Below are positions 1 through 10,200 of a stretch of 64,000 nucleotides of DNA, piece by piece. Under the pieces are notes generated by a model, which was given only the letters and a program-made list of their open reading frames with translations, ran no database searches and had not been told where the DNA came from. Location of the stretch: assembly GCA_965207885.1 (NCBI GenBank), contig OZ242311.1, forward strand, positions 160,001 through 224,000. Direction: 5' to 3'. The position numbers and the translations under genes were made by a program. The stretch's first letter is position 1. Every line of letters begins with the position of its first letter. This stretch comes from Candidatus Latescibacterota bacterium (GTDB lineage: Bacteria; Latescibacterota; UBA2968).

Positions 1-615
1 GGTGCCGGACCCGATGTGGATCTCATCGTCGAAGTCCACCGCAAACTCACCCCAATGGTCGCCGTAGCCCTGGGCGAAGCCCTCATCCCCTATCACCTCT
101 ACTTCATGGAAGATCCCATCCAGATAGACACCATCACAACCCAGGCTGAAATCGCCAAACGCATCCCCGTACCCCTGGGCAATGGCGAGCGCTTCACCTC
201 AATATGGGAATTCCGCGAACTCCTCGAACACGGCGGACCCCAATACGTGCGCCCGGACATAGCCCTGGCAGGAGGCCTGACCCACTGCAAAAAAATCGCC
301 GCCATAGCCGAATCCTATCACTGCGCGGTCGTCACCCACAACTTTCTCAGCCCCCTGGGCACAGCCGCATCCCTTCACCTCGACGTTAGCATCCCCAACT
401 TCATCACCCAGGAATACTCCAAAAACGACGAAAGCGAACGCAACGCCGTGTACAAATGCGCGCACAAACGCGAAGGCGGCTATATCCCCCTTCCCGAAGC
501 CCCTGGCCTTGGCGTTGAACTCGACGACGCCAAAATCCCCGACACGCCCTTTGCCCCCTTAACCAAAGTCAATACACCGAGACGAGAGGACGGATCAATC
601 GCATATGCGGTGTAA
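1..615 (+). CDS. Mandelate racemase/muconate lactonizing (enolase superfamily) enzyme, galactonate dehydratase-like; 5'-truncated by window edge
   Basis: Frame open from base 1; motifs EVH, FMEDP, GER, RPD..LAGG, THN and C-terminal PEAPGLGVELD typical of the MR/MLE C-terminal domain. Confidence 0.85.
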   Translation, partial: GAGPDVDLIVEVHRKLTPMVAVALGEALIPYHLYFMEDPIQIDTITTQAEIAKRIPVPLGNGERFTSIWEFRELLEHGGPQYVRPDIALAGGLTHCKKIAAIAESYHCAVVTHNFLSPLGTAASLHLDVSIPNFITQEYSKNDESERNAVYKCAHKREGGYIPLPEAPGLGVELDDAKIPDTPFAPLTKVNTPRREDGSIAYAV

Positions 616-704
616 TGAGACGTGAGATGTAACCACCGATAACCACAGATTAAAAGTGCATCCAAAATCGTGGAAAATAACCTTTCACTCTTTTGGAGCA
701 CAAC

Positions 705-1487
705 ATGAACAATCCCGAAGAAGTTGAATTTCAATTCAGTACTCAGAAATTTGAAGAAGAATGGGTCGGAAAAGCCCTCAAAAATTTTCAAGAAGACGGC
801 TGGTTTTCAGGCGTTCTCTATCGCGTCAAAGGTGGCAAAGAAGCGCAGGTCTATTGTTGCAAAGCATCTCCTGGTATGGGGGTGGACCTCATTGCCGCCA
901 AAATTTATCGTCTCCGCCGCAACCGCGCGATGAAAAATTACGCCCAATACCAGCAAGGCCGACACATCACCTCCGACAAACGCTACCTTCGCGCTCTCAA
1001 AAAGAAAACCCGCACCGGTAAAGCCGTAGAAGATCGCGCCTGGCTCAAACACGAATTTCGCACCATGCAAATGCTCTACCATGCAGGCGCCGATGTGCCG
1101 CAACCCTTCGAACTGTCTGGCAATACCATCCTCATGGAATTCATTGGCAATGCACGAGTAGCTGCTCCCCTGCTTCGGGAAGTGCGGCTCGACCCTACCG
1201 AAGCCAAACCTCTATTTGACCGCTGTATTGAAAATATCGAAATCTTCCTCTCCTGCGATAGCATCCATGGTGACTTATCGGCCTTTAACATCCTCTACTG
1301 GAATGGGGCCATTACCGTCATCGACTTTCCGCAAGCTGTTGACCCCTTCGACAATCCCAGTGCTTTTTCTCTCCTCGTCCGCGATGTCGAACGCGTGTGT
1401 CAATACTTCTCACGCTACGGCATTCAATCCAGACCCGTGGACATCGCCGCCGATCTGTGGCGTCGTTACCTGCAACGAGAGTTATAA
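705..1487 (+). CDS. RIO1 family serine kinase/ATPase
   Basis: GGKEAQVY, AAKIY, HGDLSAFNIL and IDFPQAV motifs; GGAG upstream of ATG 705. Confidence 0.9.
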   Translation: MNNPEEVEFQFSTQKFEEEWVGKALKNFQEDGWFSGVLYRVKGGKEAQVYCCKASPGMGVDLIAAKIYRLRRNRAMKNYAQYQQGRHITSDKRYLRALKKKTRTGKAVEDRAWLKHEFRTMQMLYHAGADVPQPFELSGNTILMEFIGNARVAAPLLREVRLDPTEAKPLFDRCIENIEIFLSCDSIHGDLSAFNILYWNGAITVIDFPQAVDPFDNPSAFSLLVRDVERVCQYFSRYGIQSRPVDIAADLWRRYLQREL

Positions 1488-1640
1488 CCCAATAAGACTT
1501 CCAAAAAGAATGCCACAACGTTTGGGATTACCCACAAGAAATCATCTGGTAAATTCCTCTTCTCTATATATATTTTATATGCTAACTCAAATTGACCCTA
1601 ATCCCTCGCGCAAGCACAACCAATCTACCAACACCACTCT

Positions 1641-2822
1641 ATGTTTACGTCCAAAACCGATTACAAAACCGCCATCCTCAATGCGGTATCAAACCCCGAA
1701 ACCTTTCTCAGGCTTACCCTGAGTCATCCGCGTCGCGGCACAATATGGAACAAAATCACCGTCCGCATGGTCCAGATCAAAAACGCGCCCCACCTCCAGA
1801 TCGCGCGATATAGCCGCACGCAAGACATCACGGAAAACATCCCACTGACCGACGCGAACGCCGCGCTCGACGAACTACTCGCCTTGCCCTTCGCACAAAT
1901 CCACGTACAAAATAGCCACGAAGACCTCCACATTCGCATCACAAAAAAAGGCCGCGCACTATTCAAACGCGCAAAACCCTCGCGTCCAAACATCAAACCC
2001 ACTCTCTCGCACAACCGCGTCAAACACCACCCCCTATCCGACAACCGACCCGACGCCTTCCTCCAGGGCCTCGGCATCATGGATCACAACGGGCGCGTGC
2101 GCGCATCCATGCGCGACAAATTCAAACAAATCAACGCCTTTCTCCACCACTTACAACCCGTCATACCAGCGTCGAAACACCCCCTAACCCTCATAGACTG
2201 TGGCTGCGGCAACGCGTATCTCACATTTGCAGCGTATCACTACCTGAACAACATCTGTAACATCCCTGCACGACTCATCGGCATTGACCACAACCCATCC
2301 CTCATCGCCAAATGTCGAACCCTCGCCAATGACCTCGGCTGGACAGACCTCGCCTTTCACAATTCCAGCATCGCCGACTTCACACCCCAAACACCGCCCG
2401 ACATCGTCTTTAGTCTGCACGCCTGCGACACCGCAACCGACGACGCCATTGCCCGCGCCGTACAGTGGAACAGCCCCGTCATCCTCGCAGCGCCCTGCTG
2501 CCAGCACGAACTGCGCCCACAACTCGACGCATCTGTCTTCGCACCCGTAATGGCGCACGGCATCCTCAAAGGGCGCACCGCCGACATCCTCACCGACGCC
2601 TGCCGCGCACAACTACTGCGCATACTGGGCTATCGCACCGAACTCATAGAATTCATCGACTCCAAACACACGCCCAAAAACATCCTCATCCGCGCAAAAA
2701 AAACCTCCCGAACAAGTGATCCAACCCTCGTTCAGGAGTATTGCACCATGCGCGACTTCTGGCACATCAAACCCAGCCTCGAGCGACTGCTCGCCCGGGA
2801 ACTCGCGCCCCTTTTGTCTTGA
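1641..2822 (+). CDS. SAM-dependent methyltransferase (Methyltransf_32-like)
   Basis: IDCGCGNAYLTF, LHACDTATD, APCCQHE and HTPKNILI motifs. Confidence 0.85.
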   Translation: MFTSKTDYKTAILNAVSNPETFLRLTLSHPRRGTIWNKITVRMVQIKNAPHLQIARYSRTQDITENIPLTDANAALDELLALPFAQIHVQNSHEDLHIRITKKGRALFKRAKPSRPNIKPTLSHNRVKHHPLSDNRPDAFLQGLGIMDHNGRVRASMRDKFKQINAFLHHLQPVIPASKHPLTLIDCGCGNAYLTFAAYHYLNNICNIPARLIGIDHNPSLIAKCRTLANDLGWTDLAFHNSSIADFTPQTPPDIVFSLHACDTATDDAIARAVQWNSPVILAAPCCQHELRPQLDASVFAPVMAHGILKGRTADILTDACRAQLLRILGYRTELIEFIDSKHTPKNILIRAKKTSRTSDPTLVQEYCTMRDFWHIKPSLERLLARELAPLLS

Positions 2823-2893
2823 CACACGTACATAAAAATTTTTGTTTTAAAACATAGTTTTTTGGGTTCTCGGCTAATTACTGAGAGTATGCT

Positions 2894-3385
2894 ATGTTAC
2901 AGAAACCAACTCTTTATCTCGAATCAACCATACCGAGCTATCTGGCAGGTCGTCCCAGTAGCGACCTGATCGTAGCCGCGCAGCAAAAAATAACTCATGA
3001 TTGGTGGCAAGAAGCACGAACAAAATTTTCTATTTCAATTTCAGAAGCGGTATTGGAAGAAATTGAGGCGGGCGACCCCGATGCTGCAAATAGACGTCAG
3101 ACTTTTGTTGCGAATTTACCCATCTTAGAATTGAAAGACGATGTGGCAATTCTGGCAGAAGATTATCTGAATAGATTACAATTACCACAAAGTGCACAAT
3201 TGGATGCATTACATATGGCTTACGCAGTTGTGTATGAAATGGATTATTTATTAACTTGGAACTGCAAACACATAGCAAACGGGGTTATCATCCAACGCCT
3301 TCAGACCGCCAATCTTGAATTAACGCGACATACACCAATCATTGTGACACCGCAGGAATTGCTGGAATTTCCAGAAGGAGAATAG
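2894..3385 (+). CDS. PIN-domain (VapC-like) protein
   Basis: LYLESTIPSYL N-terminus, DALHMA and LLTWNCKHIAN motifs. Confidence 0.85.
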   Translation: MLQKPTLYLESTIPSYLAGRPSSDLIVAAQQKITHDWWQEARTKFSISISEAVLEEIEAGDPDAANRRQTFVANLPILELKDDVAILAEDYLNRLQLPQSAQLDALHMAYAVVYEMDYLLTWNCKHIANGVIIQRLQTANLELTRHTPIIVTPQELLEFPEGE

Positions 3386-3387
3386 CC

Positions 3388-3576
3388 ATGTGGAGAGACC
3401 CAATTGTAGAGGAAATACATTCTGTTCGCCAGAAAATCGCTGAAGACTGCAACTATGACTTCAAACAGATTGTCGAACGCCTCAGACAAAGGGAAAAAAC
3501 CCATAAAGATAGGCTTGTATCTCTGCCACCACACAGCATTGAGGAAAACGCACCAATAAGGAAGGCCGCACATTGA
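3388..3576 (+). CDS. Small protein coupled to the PIN gene, probable antitoxin
   Basis: MWRDPIVEEIHSVRQKIA...YD pattern of small partners downstream of this PIN subfamily; GGAG RBS; 2-nt gap. Confidence 0.65.
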   Translation: MWRDPIVEEIHSVRQKIAEDCNYDFKQIVERLRQREKTHKDRLVSLPPHSIEENAPIRKAAH

Positions 3577-3682
3577 TACTGATTCTGAATCGATCGGACT
3601 TTTCCGCGTGCCTCGCTTACCTTCTCGTAACTCCGCCTTGCGAATCCATAACCCCTTCAACTGCATCTATCCAGAAACATAA

Positions 3683-3718
3683 AAATGGGTAGAGAATATT
3701 GCGATTCTCTACCCATTT
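3683..3718. terminator. Inverted repeat / bidirectional terminator
   Basis: AAATGGGTAGAGAAT-attgcg-ATTCTCTACCCATTT perfect 15-bp stem between convergent genes. Confidence 0.7.
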
Positions 3719-3758
3719 CTTGGTGTGTGTTCATGAAATTATCGCGCCTGGATTAAGT

Positions 3759-3899
3759 TCAATAAGCCTCGATTTTCTTTTGCCATTCCTTTTCAACTTC
3801 TCGAAAAGCTACCGCAATTCCCTCGTCGTCTTTCCAAATGCCATGCGTCTGTGCCAGCGCTTCCAACACCTTTTCTTTTTTTTGAGCCTTCAGCTTCAC
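3759..3899 (-). CDS. Small 46-aa antitoxin-like protein (not in ORF track)
   Basis: Manual translation from GTG: VKLKAQKKEKVLEALAQTHGIWKDDEGIAVAFREVEKEWQKKIEAY*; the G-I-W-K-D motif resembles small VapB-type antitoxins. Confidence 0.45.
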   Translation of the reverse strand: MKLKAQKKEKVLEALAQTHGIWKDDEGIAVAFREVEKEWQKKIEAY

Positions 3900-4152
3900 A
3901 GGAACCTCACCAACCTCTCCCTCGACAAAACCGGCATTACGGACTTGTCAGATCATTAACCGATTATGAAAACAATGTATCAAAAAGTAATATTTTTCAG
4001 AATATCAGACAATACAAATCTCACATTTATGACATTTTGTCCATATCAGTTGAAATAAGAGAGGCTTCAATGTAAATTGGATATCGCAATCAAAAGTAAA
4101 AATACTGTTTCCTCAACCATTAGGAGAAAACGCCTGAGACATCCAACCCTGC

Positions 4153-4986
4153 TCAGGGGCTTAAAGTCAGTCCTTCGCGGGCCACCACCGCCCCGGCGAA
4201 CAATCGGCGCGCCGCCGCTTCAATTCTACTGAGTGCTTCATCGTCGCGCTTCGGTGCGTGGTGGAAGATGACGTACGTCTTGACGCCAGACACACGGCAT
4301 AGCCGCGCTCCTTCCTCGAAAGTCGAATGACCCCAGCCGCGATGACGGGGAAGCTCAGCATCGGTAAACATCGCGTCATAGATCACGATGTCAGCCCCTT
4401 CAATAAGGCCAATGACGTTCTCATCCTGCATACCCGGCTCGTGCTCGGTGTCTGTAACGTAGCAGATGCTTTGTCCAGCGTATTCGACCCGATAACCTGT
4501 CGCCCCACCGGGATGTCGAAGCGGCGCAGTGCGAATGGCTATTCCGGGCTTCGGATTCAGTGTCTCGCCAGCCTGAAAGTCAAAGAACGCAACGTGGGCG
4601 GGAAAAATTTCGGGCGACACGGGAAAGAGCGGCGCGCTCATAAGGTGGCGAACCGCCCCTTCGGTGGTACCGCCCGCTGACTGATGGCCAGACCATATCC
4701 GGAGCGTGTTACCACGATGGTAGGCGAGCGGGAAGAACGGCAGACCGAGGACATGGTCGATATGACTATGGGAAAGGAACAGATCGACCTCGGTACATCT
4801 TTCCTCGACCAGGGCAGCTCCGAGCCTGCGAATGCCTGAACCGGCATCGAAAACAAACACCGCCTCATCACATCGGACCTCAACACAGGAGGTATTGCCG
4901 CCGTAGCGGATATAATGAGCATCCGAGACGGGGATGCTCCCCCGTACTCCCCAGAACCGGACGTACATGTGATTCGAAGCACTCAT
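4153..4986 (-). CDS. Metallo-beta-lactamase fold hydrolase, cyclic-nucleotide phosphodiesterase-like
   Basis: WGVRGSIP, GGNTSCVEV, HSHIDH (HxHxDH), TDTEH, WGHS and FHHAP motifs. Confidence 0.85.
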   Translation of the reverse strand: MSASNHMYVRFWGVRGSIPVSDAHYIRYGGNTSCVEVRCDEAVFVFDAGSGIRRLGAALVEERCTEVDLFLSHSHIDHVLGLPFFPLAYHRGNTLRIWSGHQSAGGTTEGAVRHLMSAPLFPVSPEIFPAHVAFFDFQAGETLNPKPGIAIRTAPLRHPGGATGYRVEYAGQSICYVTDTEHEPGMQDENVIGLIEGADIVIYDAMFTDAELPRHRGWGHSTFEEGARLCRVSGVKTYVIFHHAPKRDDEALSRIEAAARRLFAGAVVAREGLTLSP

Positions 4987-5064
4987 CTGAGAAATTGCCG
5001 AAATACTCGGAAATGTACAACGTAAAAGGTCTGCAACGGGCGACGTCTCATGGTTCGACTCCTC

Positions 5065-7257
5065 TTATAGATGGTGCCGGAGCTCCCGCGTAGAACGATC
5101 CAAGCGGGCGGCGATCATCTTGACGATAGCGGCATGAAAACGACCAGCGGCTTCGGGATGCCGCAATTGCAAGTGCTGTAGGCCCTCGGCGTCAAGACGG
5201 TACAGGACACTCGAGGTTTCGATTCGAACGCTCGCCGTACGCGGCCCTTCCATATAGACGGCCATCTCGCCGAGGATCGCACCACTCGTATAAACACACA
5301 CGACGTGTTCACCGCCGTATGCTGCATCGACCACCACCGACACTGTACCCGAATCAACGATATAAAGACTGTCTCCCAGATCCCCGCGCCGAAACAACCA
5401 GTTCCCCTCGGCATGTTCCTGCCTCTGGAAGAAGGGCACTATTCGGCGAGCGGCATCCTCGTCTCTCAGCATCTTGCTGAGCCGGCCTTCGAGTGTGTCA
5501 GTGCCGACGAGCCTCGACGCCTTGCAATCGTCCAAAATCCGGTCCTCGCAATAGGCAATGCCTTCATTGAGTTGAGAAAATTGACAGCGATGGACACGCG
5601 ATGTCGGTTTCGTGAAAAACGCGATACCTTCCAATTGTTTTCCCATCCTTTCGTCATGTCCCGTGATGACCACCGAAACCCCGTAATTTTCCGTCACCTG
5701 GGCCAGTCTCGAAAAGAGCGTGACACCCGACGCATCCATGAAGACGACATGTTTGAGATCCAGAATCAGATACTTTAACTTCAGTTCCTCCGGCGATGTC
5801 AGCTTTTCGCGTATGATGCCCATCAAGTCGCCAGCCGTTCCAAAGAAAAGAGCTCCTTGCACCTCCATAATGAGAATACAGTCGCTCTCGTGGTCGAGAA
5901 TCTCCCGAATCTCCGGATCGCGCTCAATGTGGCTGATGCGATCCCGTCCGGTGTATTCGCTTCTGATGCTGGTGAGCCGACTATAGTTGATTACGAACAG
6001 GATCACCGATATCAACAGCCCAAAAATTATCCCCTCAAGAAGACCCTTCCAGATGCAGACCGTCAGAATCAGCAGTACCACGATATAGTCCGACGACGGC
6101 AGTTCTTTTCGAGCCATCCACACCCATTTCAGCAGAAAATCGATTCCTATATAGACGAGCAGACCGCCTACGATAAAAATCGGAAACATAGAGATGAAAT
6201 TGATCGCGACGAAGACCGCGGTCAGGATGCAGGCAACGAAAACGAACCCCGCCAGGCGACGATCGCCGCCCGACATATAGAATAAGGCCGTATCCGGCAG
6301 ACTCTGAACGCCAGCACAACCGCCGAACAGACCACAGGTCAGGTTCGCGACCCCAGCCACCTTCAGTTCGCGATTTGGATCCAACTCCCTATTGACGATG
6401 ATTTCGATGGCTGTAACGTCAATTAAGAGCAGGATGACGCACAACATCGCAACCGCCCCGATGCTACCAGCCTGCCCCGCGACAGTCAGCCAATGCACAC
6501 GGGACAAGTCACCGAAATCGAAGACCGGAAATAAAGTCGGGAAATCGGAAAGCTCCAGCAACCAGCCCGAGGCCATGGCCACTTCCAGGGCCTGACCGCT
6601 CAACCACAAGAGCGTGTAGAACACCGCAAATCCCAGCAGCAAAAGGATCGGAATAACGAACCACTGATTCCACCGGCGTTTAAAAACGTACAAAAACACG
6701 CCAAAAATCAACGGCGAAGCCCACTGCTGTATAATCTCCGGAGAAAACCATATAGCGAGATCATTCCAGGGGATGGGCTGATGCGTGGCGACCGACAACC
6801 CGCCTGTGAAAAGCGCGAATCCTCCTCCGGCAAAGATCCCTCCGGCGACCGGGTAAGGAAAGTAACGCACGAGTCTGCCCAGACCAAATTGTCCGACCAG
6901 CACCAGGACCAGACCGGTCACAATACTCGTGATCCCGAATGCCGCGATCACCGTCGCTAACACATCAACCTCTCGGCCCTGAGCCGCCATCGTTACTGCA
7001 ATTTTTGCCGCCATCGCGGAAAAAATAGGTATCGTGGCTGATCGAAGCGAGACTATGATGCCGGGATAACCACTTCCCAGCGTCCCACCAAGTGCGATTA
7101 CAACTGTGCTAATCAGAAGCAGGACAATTCCCGTCGAGAGATACTCTACCATAGGGCCGGAGAAAATCAACGCTGCTAAAGCAATCGTTCCAAATATTGC
7201 CAGGATCCCATTGATAATTCCGGCCAAAATATTTTCGATGTTCTTTTGCAACTTCAT
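5065..7257 (-). CDS. SulP/SLC26 anion transporter with STAS and C-terminal cNMP-binding domain
   Basis: Multi-TM N-terminus (LVRYFPYPVAGG, NRELKVAGVAN), STAS (GALFFG..LDLKHVVFMDASG), cNMP domain (LFRRGD, GEMA, PRTASV). Confidence 0.9.
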   Translation of the reverse strand: MKLQKNIENILAGIINGILAIFGTIALAALIFSGPMVEYLSTGIVLLLISTVVIALGGTLGSGYPGIIVSLRSATIPIFSAMAAKIAVTMAAQGREVDVLATVIAAFGITSIVTGLVLVLVGQFGLGRLVRYFPYPVAGGIFAGGGFALFTGGLSVATHQPIPWNDLAIWFSPEIIQQWASPLIFGVFLYVFKRRWNQWFVIPILLLLGFAVFYTLLWLSGQALEVAMASGWLLELSDFPTLFPVFDFGDLSRVHWLTVAGQAGSIGAVAMLCVILLLIDVTAIEIIVNRELDPNRELKVAGVANLTCGLFGGCAGVQSLPDTALFYMSGGDRRLAGFVFVACILTAVFVAINFISMFPIFIVGGLLVYIGIDFLLKWVWMARKELPSSDYIVVLLILTVCIWKGLLEGIIFGLLISVILFVINYSRLTSIRSEYTGRDRISHIERDPEIREILDHESDCILIMEVQGALFFGTAGDLMGIIREKLTSPEELKLKYLILDLKHVVFMDASGVTLFSRLAQVTENYGVSVVITGHDERMGKQLEGIAFFTKPTSRVHRCQFSQLNEGIAYCEDRILDDCKASRLVGTDTLEGRLSKMLRDEDAARRIVPFFQRQEHAEGNWLFRRGDLGDSLYIVDSGTVSVVVDAAYGGEHVVCVYTSGAILGEMAVYMEGPRTASVRIETSSVLYRLDAEGLQHLQLRHPEAAGRFHAAIVKMIAARLDRSTRELRHHL

Positions 7258-7294
7258 GGAAATTTGTCTTCTCGAATACCTTTAGAACAGCTTC

Positions 7295-10200
7295 TCAGGT
7301 TTCTGCGTGCCCGGTGCGCACAGCCCCTTCCCGTATCTGTCGCACCGGCTGCGCGTCCAGAAAGGTGTGTCGCCGTTCGGAGTCTTGCAGTTGCGTCGCC
7401 ACCTCGTGAATAATGTCCAGTGCCTCGCGATAAACAGCGCGAGCCCGATCCGTCTCGCCCCGATCTTCATACAGCATCCCCAGTGCCTGGTGCGTCCGCC
7501 AGATCTGCGGCGGATTGCCGAGGTCCCGGCTAATCGCCAGTGCCCGGCGGAGGGCTTGCTCGGCTTCCTCGTCGCGCCCTTGAGCGAGGAGGGCCTGCCC
7601 TTGCAGGCGCCATCCCTTGGCGAGGTTCTTGCGGCTTGCCGTCGGCTCTGCCTCCTTGCAGCACAACTCGGTATATATGAGAGCCTTCGCGCTGTCTCCC
7701 TTAGCCAGCCACAACTCGCCCAGGCTGTGCCACAAATGCTGGGCGTATCGCCATTTCATCCAGTCTTCGCCCCATGTCCCGTGCCGCTGCAGGCTTTCGT
7801 GGACCTCCTCGAGGTGCTTTTCAGCCTCTTCCAACCTGCCGAGCAAGAGGAGAGTATCGCCCTGGTTCAACTGTGCGTTTCTGGTGACTTCGGGATCGCC
7901 GATCTCCTCCGAGGCGTCGAGACACGTCTGGTTGTAATGAAGAGCCGCCTCCAGGTCATAGAGCTCGCCGCACACCCAACCCAGAGTATTGAGAATCCGC
8001 CCTCTGTGGGCGTAGTCACCGAGACGCTCGCTCAGATCCAGGGCTTCTTCGAGGGACGCAAGAGCCTTCTCGTAGTCACCCCTCCCACACAGGATAATCC
8101 CTCTCATCCACAGCACCCCGGAGATGAGAAATGGCAGGTTCTGCGTCCGGCCGATGTGCAGTGCCTGATCCAGAAGCTGGAGTGCCTGTGCGTATTCCCC
8201 CTTCCAGTTCCTGATCTGTCCCAGCACCCACAGGCAGAACCCTTCCTGCTCCTCATCCCTGGCTTCTCGACTTATCTGCAACGCATCATTGCAATGACGC
8301 CTGGCCTCGTCGAGATCACCGAGCACAGCGCGTATCCAGCCAATGACGAAAGTACTCGCCGCGATCGTGGACCCGGCACCGATCTGCTGTGCTAATACCT
8401 TCGCGCTCTCGCTGCATTGCAAAGCCTCCTCAAATTCGTGGGCCCAGTGATAGCCCAAGCCCATCTTATAGAGGGCGAACGCCTCTTGCGCCCGGTCTCC
8501 GTTTCGACGGGCGATCTCGAGCACTTGTCGATAGGCTTCGACAGAAAGCAAGAACTCGCTGCGGAGGAAATGCGCCTCGCCCTTGTGGGCGTAGATCGAC
8601 ATCATCTCCGGATCGACCGCCGAGCCGAGTTGTTCACAGACGTCCAGGGCACGCGCGTGGAAATCAAGTGCTTCCTTTAGAGCCGAGGCCTGCTGTGCCT
8701 TCTGTCCGGCTTGCACGAGATAGGTCAGTGCCTTTTTCCACATTTCCCCCCGCTCGAAATGATGGGCCAACACTTCAGCGTGTTCGACCAGGTGAACCTC
8801 GAATTTCTCGATGGTTTCGCCAATCAGCCGATGCAGATATTGCTGGCTCCTGACCAATAGCGATTGGTACGCCACCTCGCGCGTGAGCGCGTGTTTAAAT
8901 ATATAGCTTATATCTGGCTCCGAATCCATTTCGCGGATCATTTCAATATCCGTCAGGTCCCGCAAATAGGTATCGAGCAGGTCCGGCTGAGCCACCTCCA
9001 GCCGGACGAGTAGCCCGCGTGTAAACTCTCGACCAACCACGGCGGCGAACTGAAGCGTTGTCCTGTGCGCCTCCTCAAGGCGATCAAATCGCGCCGAGAG
9101 AACATCCTGGACGGTCTCGGGAATAGAAATATCCTCAATGGGCCTGGTCAACACACAACGATGCTCAACTCGTCGTATGGCCCCGACTTCCTGGAGCGAT
9201 CTGACCACTTGTTCGATAAAGAACGGATTCCCTTCCGTTTTGCGGTCAATCAGGCTTGCGAGCTCGTCCGGCAAAAAATCGACACCCAGTATGGTCCTGG
9301 CTATCTGTGTGCTATGCTTTGTCGAGAGTGGTTGCAGAGTCAAGTGCGTATGATAGGTTCGCTCACCAAATGGAGAGGCATAACCGGGCCGATAGGTCAA
9401 CAGGAACAAGACATGGCTTGTCGAGATGCTGTCGGCAATGATCTTGAGAAAGTCTTGAGTCGCCTGATCCATCCAGTGGATATCCTCCAGGACGATCACT
9501 CTGGGGGACAACTCCGAGGCGTGGAACAGGACACGCTGGAGCGCGCGGAAAAGCTCGTTCCGGCGCAGTTGAGGGTCCATCCTTCGCACGTTCTCGTCTC
9601 CGGGGTCTAAGGCGAGAAGGTAACGCAGATAGGGCAGATCGGAACGCAAGGCCTCGCTGTGACTTAACAACGTCTGCTCAATCTTTGTGACGACCGTTGT
9701 GTCCGCCTCTGCCTCCTCGATACCTGCGCTTCTCTTGAGCATATCGATTAAAGGATGAAATACTGAGGAACTTCCGAACGAAAGGGCGCGGCCTTCAAGC
9801 CAGGTAGCATCGGTGGCAGCGATCCGCTGACGAAACTCCAGCAGGAGACGCGATTTGCCAATACCTGGATCTCCGACCAGAAAGACCATCTGCCCGTGAC
9901 CCGCCTGTGCCTGTGCAAAGCAGTTCTGCAGTGTCTGCAACTCGCGTTCGCGCCCCATGAAATGCGTCAGACCGCGTTTGATTTCCACGTCGAGTCTATT
10001 CACGGATTCGAACGCGGCAAGCACCTCCCAGGCCAGCGTCGGATCGGCCTTTCCTTTCAGGTCAAAGGTGCCGAGCGAGCGTGTTTGGCAATATCCCTCA
10101 ACCAGACGATAAGTGGACTCTGAGATCACGATCTGGTCGGGGGCAGCCTGCCCTTCCAGGCGAGCCGCCACATTCGTGGTGTCCCCCACGGCGGTGTAAT